A DNA stretch of 62,916 nucleotides, counting the filler, from Octopus bimaculoides (lineage: Eukaryota): NCBI RefSeq assembly GCF_001194135.2. It is 6 parts of 5 records of this genome, joined end to end, with 100 filler letters (N's around TTAATTAATTAA, not from the genome) between each part and the next. Parts side by side here need not be neighbours in the genome. Positions count along the whole stretch, not along the records: positions 51,404 to 61,304 come from NC_068997.1; positions 61,405 to 62,916 come from NC_069004.1; 4 more parts are not named here. One strand, written 5' to 3'. Shown piece by piece: positions 53,175 to 62,916 of this stretch (its first letter is position 1; each line of letters starts with the position of its first letter). Under the pieces are notes generated by a model that ran no database searches, was not told the DNA's origin, and saw only the letters and a program-made list of their open reading frames with translations. A program made the translations under genes and the position numbers.

Positions 53175-53313
53175 TGGCTGTGTGGTAAGAGGCTTCCTTC
53201 ACAACAACATAGTTCCGGGTTCAGTCCCACTGCATGGCACTTTGAGGAAGTGTCTTCTACTATAGCCTCTGGCCGACCAAAGTCTTGTGAGAGGAAACTG
53301 AAAGAAGCCCGTC

Positions 53314-53398
<85 letters not shown>

Positions 53399-53402
53399 CA
53401 TG

Positions 53403-53434
<32 letters not shown>

Positions 53435-53603
53435 CAGATAGATAGATATAGAACGGGCTTCTTTCAGTTTCTGTCTACCAAATCCACTCACAGGGCCTTG
53501 GTTGGCACCATGCTATAGAAGAATACACTCGCCCAAGGTACTATGCAGTGGGACTGAACCAGGAATCTTATAGTTGGGAAGCAAGCTTCTTACCACGCAG
53601 CCA
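53175..53603. mobile_element. Two SINE-C 5' modules in inverted, inward-facing orientation around a microsatellite
   Basis: Plus copy about 53175-53315 and minus copy about 53453-53603, both ending at aagaagcccgt. Confidence 0.85.
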
Positions 53604-54378
53604 CGTTGATTTATCGTAAAGTGTATATGTTGTTCTTTGCTATTTGTATCATAATCACGCGCACTCGTATTCTTTGTGTAAATGCGTGTGATGATTAACA
53701 CACATGTCTGTGTGTAAACATGAGCGTTTACTGTTCATATGTTAAGATTTACGTGTATAAGAATTCATAAATATATATATATACATATATACATATATAC
53801 ATATATACATAAATACATACACACGCATTTACATTTTCACATATATACATAAATACATACATATATATNNNNNNNNNNNNNNNNNNNNNNNNNNNNNNNN
53901 NNNNNNNNNNNNNNNNNNNNNNNNNNNNNNNNNNNNNNNNNNNNNNNNNNNNNNNNNNNNNNNNNNNNACATTTGTACATACATACATACATACATACAT
54001 TCATACATACATACATATTAGCATTTCGGTTAGGCATTCCAAGTCTAATAGCCTACTGTAGAAATCAATTTTGATATGTTTGGAAACAAAGTGTTAAACG
54101 AGTACAGTGCAATAAGAAAATAAGATGACAGAGGAATAAACGATTAAACGATTAAAAGAATGAACGAATAAAGCTTATAAGATAATCGTTTATTCCTTTA
54201 TCATCTTATATTTTACATATACATACATGTGCACGCATATATAAATATATATATATATACATATATGTATATATATATATATGCATATACATATAAATGT
54301 ATATATATATATGTATTTATACATATATGTATATATGTATATATATACATATATATAGATACATAGATATAGATATAA

Positions 54379-54415
<37 letters not shown>

Positions 54416-54878
54416 NNNNNNNNNNNNNNNNNNNNNNNNNNNNNNNNNNNNNNNNNNNNNNNNNNNNNNNNNNNNNNNNNNNNNNNNNNNNNNNNNNNNN
54501 NNNNNNNNNNNNNNNNNNNNNNNNNNNNNNNNNNNNNNNNNNNNNNNNNNNNNNNNNNNNNNNNNNNNNNNNNNNNNNNNNNNNNNNNNNNNNNNNNNNN
54601 NNNNNNNNNNNNNNNNNNNNNNNNNNNNNNNNNNNNNNNNNNNNNNNNNNNNNNNNNNNNNNNNNNNNNNNNNNNNNNNNNNNNNNNNNNNNNNNNNNNN
54701 NNNNNNNNNNNNNNNNNNNNNNNNNNNNNNNNNNNNNNNNNNNNNNNNNNNNNNNNNNNNNNNNNNNNNNNNNNNNNNNNNNNNNNNNNNNNNNNNNNNN
54801 NNNNNNNNNNNNNNNNNNNNNNNNNNNNNNNNNNNNNNNNNNNNNNNNNNNNNNNNNNNNNNNNNNNNNNNNNNNNNN

Positions 54879-54919
<41 letters not shown>

Positions 54920-55423
54920 GCTACAGATATATATGTATATATATATATATATCTGTGTGTCTGTGTCTGTGGCTGTATTTATGTGTACGTATAAATCTTG
55001 GGGTACATTAGAGCAGAAAGGTCATCTTTTCTAAATCCACCGACAAAATATTGTGTGTAGGTGTTATTCTACCTATGTGGTTAAGATGTTCGGTACAAAT
55101 CCATGTGATCTCGTGTCCGGTCCCATTGTGGGTCATCTTGAAGCAAGTGGCTTCTTACCATAGCCCCGGTACCGTCAAGGTAATGTGTGTGAATGTAGCG
55201 TGTACATCTGCAGTAGCTGCACACCCGCACACATACACACACTGACTCACACGCACATAAACACACAGACACATACGCACTCACACACACCCACATATAT
55301 ACACACACACGCACACACACACACACACAAACTCACACATATTTTCTAGATTTCTTTACATTTTCAATTAGATTTAAAATTTTTAAGCATGAAAATTGTG
55401 AGACAGCATTTTGTCAAAGGTAT

Positions 55424-55482
<59 letters not shown>

Positions 55483-56014
55483 TGTGTGTGTGTGTGTGTG
55501 TGCGTGTGTGTACATATATGTGTGTGTGTTTGTATGTAATCTTAGGTTCCCTGAAATTAAGAAGAATAGAAAGAATATTGGGACAATTTCGAAAACTAAA
55601 ATATGAAAAAAGATAAAGAGATGCTCATTTATATATATATATTTATTTATTAATTTATTTATTTATTTATTTATTCATTCATTATGGCCCCTATTTATTC
55701 TTATTCATTGAATTTTAATGTGGCGTATTGTAAACTATTTAAAGAAATTACAAAGAACGTAATGTTAAAGCATAATATACATATTTGTATGTGCGTGTGT
55801 GTATGTTGTGTGTGTGTATGAGTGTATCTGTGTATGTATATATATATATATATATATACACACAAAGATTTATGTATGTAAATATATATGTGTGTATATA
55901 TGTATATTTATGAATACACGTATATAAATATATATATAAATACACGTGTATGTATGTATATATTATATATATAGTCTTTAAATCTTGAAATTTTAAGATT
56001 TAAATATTTATACA

Positions 56015-56301
56015 TATAGGCGCAGGAGTGGCTGTATGGTAAGTAGCACCCCCTCCAAGACTTTTCTTTGTAAGCCTAGTACTTATTCTACTACATACAT
56101 ACATGTATGTATGTCTGTATGTATGTATGTATATTCAACGAGGTTCTTTCAGTTTCAGTCTACGAAATCCACTCACAAGGCTTTGGTCGGCCCGAAGCCA
56201 TAGTAGACGACACTTGCCAAGGTGTCACGCAATGGGATTGAACTTGGAACCATGTGGTTGGGAAGCAAATTTCTTACCACACAGCTACACCTGCGACTAT
56301 A
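56015..56301. mobile_element. Rearranged SINE-C with head sequence at both ends in inverted orientation
   Basis: tataggcgcaggagtggctgtatggtaag at 56015 versus cttaccacacagctacacctgcgactata ending 56301. Confidence 0.75.
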
Positions 56302-56858
56302 CATTTATGTTTTATTTCTATTTATTTTCGGTGTAGGGTTTTCCAAAATAAATCTGCCATTGGCACTTTCCTAGTTTTACAAAAATCATTTTTAGAATTA
56401 TATTTTCGATTTAAAGAATTTTACTTAGTCTTTTATCGCGTTTCGGTTTTGTGTATGCATCAAAAGAAATATATAAGGTATGCACACAGTTTTGTATGTA
56501 ACCGAAATGCTTATNNNNNNNNNNNNNNNNNNNNNNNNNNNNNNNNNNNNNNNNNNNNNNNNNNNNNNNNNNNNNNNNNNNNNNNNNNNNNNNNNNNNNN
56601 NNNNNNNNNNNNNNNNNNNNNNNNNNNNNNNNNNNNNNNNNNNNNNNNNNNNNNNNNNNNNNNNNNNNNNNNNNNNNNNNNNNNNNNNNNNNNNNNNNNN
56701 NNNNNNNNNNNNNNNNNNNNNNNNNNNNNNNNNNNNNNNNNNNNNNNNNNNNNNNNNNNNNNNNNNNNNNNNNNNNNNNNNNNNNNNNNNNNNNNNNNNN
56801 NNNNNNNNNNNNNNNNNNNNNNNNNNNNNNNNNNNNNNNNNNNNNNNNNNNNNNNNNN

Positions 56859-56898
<40 letters not shown>

Positions 56899-57038
56899 TC
56901 ACATGTATACCTATAGATAAGCTCGCCGCACACGCGCAAGCACACACGCATATATCAACGTTAAATCTATTAATCTTCTTTTAATATCCACTTCATTTTA
57001 GGTATACATACACATATACATGCGTACATATATGCACT

Positions 57039-57117
<79 letters not shown>

Positions 57118-57534
57118 ACGCACACACGCATGCACAGACATACATACACACACACAGAAAGACACACGCACATGTATGTATATATTTGCGATCATGTATA
57201 AATATATACACATAAAATTCATGCGTGTCTATGCATGTATGTGTATGTATGTATGTATGTATGTATGCATGTATGTATGTATGTATGTATGTATGTATGT
57301 GTATGTATGTATGTAAGTATGTATGTATGTGCATGCATGTGTATAAATGTGTGTATGTGTGTGTGTATATAAGTATGTATGCATGTATGTTTATCGCGCA
57401 TTGTGTGAGTTCTGAACAGTGAAATTGTGATATAAAAATGAACTCATTATTTGTGCCGTTTACGATACTTTAAATTGCTCTTTTACTGATAGATATTATA
57501 TCAAATCTAATTATCTTTATCTTTTAAGAAAAAT

Positions 57535-58055
57535 TAAATCAAAAATTTTATGATCAAAACTCGGTATACCAACATAAACGTGTTTCTCTCACGACTTTGT
57601 TTCCTCATAACTTTCAGAAAAATATATATTTAAAAAATGGTGAACGCCTACACATAATATGTATAGCTACAAAATGAAAATTTTGAAAGAACTACGTGAT
57701 GTATCGGTATTTGTACGCGCCCACCAATTTTTTTTTTTTTTTTTTTACTTTAAAATCTGATATAATCTTAATCTACACTATCTGAAATGTATTTGTAGAG
57801 AATTTCATCAAAAATTACCAATTTTCTGAAAGTTATAAGGAAACAAACAGAGTAGTGTGAATTATCCGAAAAACCTCTCCCACCTCTGCAAAAGACGTTT
57901 ACAACAAATTCTGATATAATCTGCATTTTTATCATCTGAAATGTGCACGTAGAAAGATTCATGATAAAATAACTGTCTTTCTGAAAGCTATGAAGAAACA
58001 AAGTTTTTCGGGACACACTTGTGTAGGTATGCTCAAATATCAATATTTTTAACCG
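57535..58055. mobile_element. Old foldback or MITE-like element with long imperfect inverted repeats
   Basis: ctttgtttcctcataactttcagaaa (57595-57620) matches the reverse complement of 57978-58003 at 24/26, with a third copy at 57823-57848. Weaker similarity extends outward. Confidence 0.5.
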
Positions 58056-59748
58056 TTTTTATAGCTTCTTTCATTTGTTTAGTATAAAACACATAGACTT
58101 TGTCTACATTTTCTTTAGGATATTTATTTTAAAATTCTTCAGATCGCACGGCGCAGCATCGTTTTATCAGTTAGGAACTCGTTCTGCACTCGTGTGTTTT
58201 AGTGATTAGCCTCAATGCGTAGTACTTTGTACAGGTGTTTTTTTTTTCTCTTTAACCACAAAGCGACCGAAGCCTTGTGAGTAAATTTAGTAGACGGAAG
58301 CTGTGTGGAAGCTTATATATATACATACATACACACACACACACAAGAGCGTGCCTATGTCTGTGTCTGTGTTTGTATCTTTCTCTCCCTCACCATCACC
58401 ACCACTACCACCACCAACACCACTACTGCTAACAACCGGTGTTGTTCTGCTTACGCTGCAGTTCGGTTAAAAGTGACCGAAAAATAAGTATCATATTCTA
58501 ACAGTTCGTAAGTACTGGGTTCGTGTTGTTCGACATTAACCTGCGTTGGAGGGGCAGCATCCTCCCCGCGAGTTCAATGACAGAAACGAGTGAAAAATAA
58601 AATTAAATATTATAAGCAAATAATCTAAATTACTTAAACATTTAATTGATTAAACACTGAAATAGTTAAATTACAAATTTATTACATGACTATAAAAATA
58701 TTTGGAAGCGCACCTTAGAAATTTTGTGTCATCTTATGTATAACTAAGAGCGTGCGTGTGTGTACGTGAGCTCATGTGTGTGTCTGTGTGTCTGTGTGTC
58801 TATATATATATATATATATATNNNNNNNNNNNNNNNNNNNNNNNNNNNNNNNNNNNNNNNNNNNNNNNNNNNNNNNNNNNNNNNNNNNNNNNNNNNNNNN
58901 NNNNNNNNNNNNNNNNNNNNNNNNNNNNNNNNNNNNNNNNNNNNNNNNNNNNNNNNNNNNNNNNNNNNNNNNNNNNNNNNNNNNNNNNNNNNNNNNNNNN
59001 NNNNNNNNNNNNNNNNNNNNNNNNNNNNNNNNNNNNNNNNNNNNNNNNNNNNNNNNNNNNNNNNNNNNNNNNNNNNNNNNNNNNNNNNNNNNNNNNNNNN
59101 NNNNNNNNNNNNNNNNNNNNNNNNNNNNNNNNNNNNNNNNNNNNNNNNNNNNNNNNNNNNNNNNNNNNNNNNNNNNNNNNNNNNNNNNNNNNNNNNNNNN
59201 NNNNNNNNNNNNNNNNNNNNNNNNNNNNNNNNNNNNNNNNNNNNNNNNNNNNNNNNNNNNNNNNNNNNNNNNNNNNNNNNNNNNNNNNNNNNNNNNNNNN
59301 NNNNNNNNNNNNNNNNNNNNNNNNNNNNNNNNNNNNNNNNNNNNNNNNNNNNNNNNNNNNNNNNNNNNNNNNNNNNNNNNNNNNNNNNNNNNNNNNNNNN
59401 NNNNNNNNNNNNNNNNNNNNNNNNNNNNNNNNNNNNNNNNNNNNNNNNNNNNNNNNNNNNNNNNNNNNNNNNNNNNNNNNNNNNNNNNNNNNNNNNNNNN
59501 NNNNNNNNNNNNNNNNNNNNNNNNNNNNNNNNNNNNNNNNNNNNNNNNNNNNNNNNNNNNNNNNNNNNNNNNNNNNNNNNNNNNNNNNNNNNNNNNNNNN
59601 NNNNNNNNNNNNNNNNNNNNNNNNNNNNNNNNNNNNNNNNNNNNNNNNNNNNNNNNNNNNNNNNNNNNNNNNNNNNNNNNNNNNNNNNNNNNNNNNNNNN
59701 NNNNNNNNNNNNNNNNNNNNNNNNNNNNNNNNNNNNNNNNNNNNNNGC

Positions 59749-59818
<70 letters not shown>

Positions 59819-60578
59819 AAGATAGAGAGAAAAAGAGAATGAGAGCGACAGAGAGAGACAGAGAGACAGAGACAGAGAGACAGAGACAAACAGGTACACA
59901 CACACATATGTATATATATATATATATATATTTATACATACGTACATACACACATATATACATATATATCCCAAACTCACACACACACACTCATACGCAC
60001 ACACAAACACACACATGCACACATACACACATAGCACTGTTTATTCAATTTCCGTCTGGCATTCTGTGGCAGGGTGACTTTACTGAAATAGCGCAAATAA
60101 CACTCAAATCACATGATATAACAGTCCCGTCCACCGAGGTTACAAATATTACGGCCGCCGATATAATTGTACATTTTAGCACTTGAAGTCGAAATTAAAT
60201 TATTTCTTTGGATGATCACTGCAACTTACGACGTTTAAAACAACATAACCACTTTAAGTTGGATGTGCAAATTGATATTCGCTAGAAAGGATACTTCCGT
60301 ACGAAATACTGAATTATACGGAGCTCACCAGCTTTTCGCGGCATCAGTGTTACACTATAACATTTTGACAGAATCACTAGTTAGGTGTATGCAAGTTCAC
60401 TTGGATGTGCAATTCATATACATATTCATTCAATTAAATGGAATTGCTTGAAACGATCGTACTGCATTACCTCTGGATATCCTGTAGCTTATTTTGATTT
60501 TAATCACCTTACTTTGTATGGATAATATCGTACTAAATTCTGGTGCCTCAACTTAAGTACGTAATTCATCTGAAGCTA

Positions 60579-60621
<43 letters not shown>

Positions 60622-60667
60622 AAATGGTCAGGTGATTTAGCGTCTATTTTTAAGCATATTAGCAAAG

Positions 60668-60815
60668 AATTTTTTTTCTCTGCCTGTTTCTTTCTGTGGA
60701 AGAGCGTAGGCTCGAAACATTAAAGCCTTTTTCACTTCCCGCGCGTTTAACTAATACATCTGTTTGTTTTCTACACCACCTGACGTCATCTTTTTTTTTT
60801 TATGAATTCTCCCTA
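60668..60815 (+). mobile_element. Second family F copy (motif 60690-60725)
   Basis: CUUU CUGUGGA A GAGC-GUAG-GCUC GAAAC AUU AAAG, then aatacatctgtttg..ctacaccacctg..gaattctccct into TA-rich sequence. Confidence 0.65.
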
Positions 60816-61189
60816 TATACGTATATATACACACACGAACATGGAAACATTGTAAGGCCATCTTCCGCTCTATTCTAATGTTTACTACAAACAATACATG
60901 AATGAATATGATTTATTTAAAGCACTTTGAACCTATATCCATGAAAGTCAGATATTTGAAAAACAACAAAGACAGCACCACCACCACCACCACGAACTAG
61001 AACAACAACAAGAAAACCAATAATGGATGTAACTCCTTTGTAGATTAAATTTGCTTCATGCAGAGTTACTGTAGGAAACATTTTCATTTAATTCTTACAA
61101 ATATCTGAAAAATAAATATAATCAATAAATGTAAACATATATAAAGACATTCATAAGCTATATACATATATACATATACCCTCCTTATA

Positions 61190-61222
<33 letters not shown>

Positions 61223-61404
61223 ATATGTGCGTGTGTACATATATATATACATATATATATATACATATACATGTATATACATACATATATATAAATACAT
61301 ATATNNNNNNNNNNNNNNNNNNNNNNNNNNNNNNNNNNNNNNNNNNNNTTAATTAATTAANNNNNNNNNNNNNNNNNNNNNNNNNNNNNNNNNNNNNNNN
61401 NNNN

Positions 61405-61443
<39 letters not shown>

Positions 61444-62047
61444 GTATGCTGTCAGTGTTTTAGCGTATTTTCTACAACTAACTATTAAAACAGCCGACAT
61501 CTGAAAATGTGTTGCTATTATTTAATGTCTGAATATATTATTTAACATATGTTGTTAGTATTTCATGTCTTTTGTATAACTATTATCACTACTAATACCT
61601 GAAAGGAAGTATTTTGATATGTTTGAATAGATGCTGAGTTAGTTTTTATGTTTTTCCGTTTAACTAATTCCAGTTTTTGTATAAAATTAGTAGCTCTCTC
61701 CCAATATAACTAAATAACTTGCTGGAAAAACTGAATTCGGAAACCAAAGATAAAAAAAGAAAATGCATTTTATCAGAAAGAACTTCTACTGCTATATAAC
61801 CGTATGTATGAATGTATTTCTGCTGTATATTGTTTGTTTTTTTAGTAACTTACTTCGTTTAACTTGTTGCTCGCCCAGAGCATGTTCATACAATTTAGTA
61901 GACAGAAAAAACAATTCGATAACTTTAAAAAAAAGCAATGTTTTATTTTCTTAAACCAGCAATATCTTAATAAAATTGTGCTGTTATGTTGCTTGTATAT
62001 ATATGTGTGTGTGTGTGTGTCTCTGTGTGTGTCTCTGTGTGTGTCTC

Positions 62048-62078
<31 letters not shown>

Positions 62079-62636
62079 CTGTGTTATTTTTAAATATATG
62101 TGCTAAATATTATAAACACCAACATCTAAAATAAATTTTATATTATTATCTTACTGTTTGTGTGGTCAGTAGTTAGGTGTATACTGCACCTGTAACGTCT
62201 TTTATGGTGTCATCAGAGGTAAGAGAGCAGCAGTTATGGCCATTTTGAAGGCAGGGAAGAGTAGAAGTCACCATTAGACCGAAGAATAATTGCCCCAAAG
62301 GACCACGACGATAGTAATTTTCAATTAAATTTTATACCCGAGAACACACACAGTTCAAATTCTCGGACGAGTTCCATACAGTTTCCGTCAACCGAACACC
62401 TTACATTGTCGATCTAAGACTGTGACATTCCAGCTATGACTAACCATTTCTGTTTTTACATCTAGTTCATACATGCGTGTGGTGAAGGTGCACATGCATT
62501 TGTGTGTTGTTTTCGTTCATGGCACTTGTAATGAACGAAACTCTCAGACTTTCAGTCAATTTTGTAACTTTCTGTGGGTTAAATGTAATAAACACACACT
62601 TATATATACATTCATACACACAAACACACATATGTA

Positions 62637-62721
62637 CGAGGGGTGTATGAAAAGTTTTGAGCCTTGAAGACTTGTACCATGTTTTGTATTTTTGAGGCTC
62701 AAGATTTTCACACACCCCTCG
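62637..62721. mobile_element. 85-bp Tc1/mariner-type MITE with TA target-site duplication
   Basis: TA|cgaggggtgtatgaaaagttttgagcct ... aggctcaagattttcacacacccctcg|TA, TIRs of about 28 bp. Confidence 0.85.
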
Positions 62722-62762
62722 TATGTGGATGTGAGTGTGTGAATATATATGTGTGTATATGA

Positions 62763-62827
<65 letters not shown>

Positions 62828-62847
62828 TAATATTATATTATATTATA

Positions 62848-62878
<31 letters not shown>

Positions 62879-62916
62879 TATATTATATTATATTTTATAT
62901 ATATATATATATATAT

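Noticed and set aside
59839-60186. ORF ending FPSGILWQGDFTEIAQITLKSHDITVPSTEV
   Set aside because: The N-terminal part is microsatellite and the unique part has no recognisable motif.
282-62792. Most ORFs in the six-frame track (YI, HT, CV, LS, poly-I/M/D repeats and X-runs)
   Set aside because: They are translations of microsatellites or run through N gaps, with no domain content or splice-supported structure.

Overview
This is repeat-saturated, AT-rich eukaryotic DNA with many assembly gaps. The microsatellite load and tRNA-derived SINE families resemble an octopus (cephalopod) genome, which is an inference from composition only. I found no host protein-coding gene, RNA gene or CRISPR array, and nearly all listed ORFs are microsatellite or N-gap artefacts. 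The window holds (i) several R4/Dong-like non-LTR retrotransposon remnants associated with (TAA)n tracts, one of them too decayed for the ORF track; (ii) a probable Penelope-like (PLE) GIY-YIG C-terminal remnant and a weak LINE RT remnant; (iii) at least four tRNA-derived SINE families; and (iv) a mariner-type MITE, a perfect 50-bp hairpin, and mini- and microsatellites. The most interesting signal is a set of short non-coding repeats carrying minimal type I hammerhead-ribozyme (HHR) motifs with palindromic helix III. They cluster at 14-22 kb with another copy at 60.7 kb, and include a variant core (CUGUGGA) shared by two copies and a tandem array of decayed hammerhead-like cores separated by microsatellite spacers. 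All folds and translations were done by eye and boundaries are approximate.
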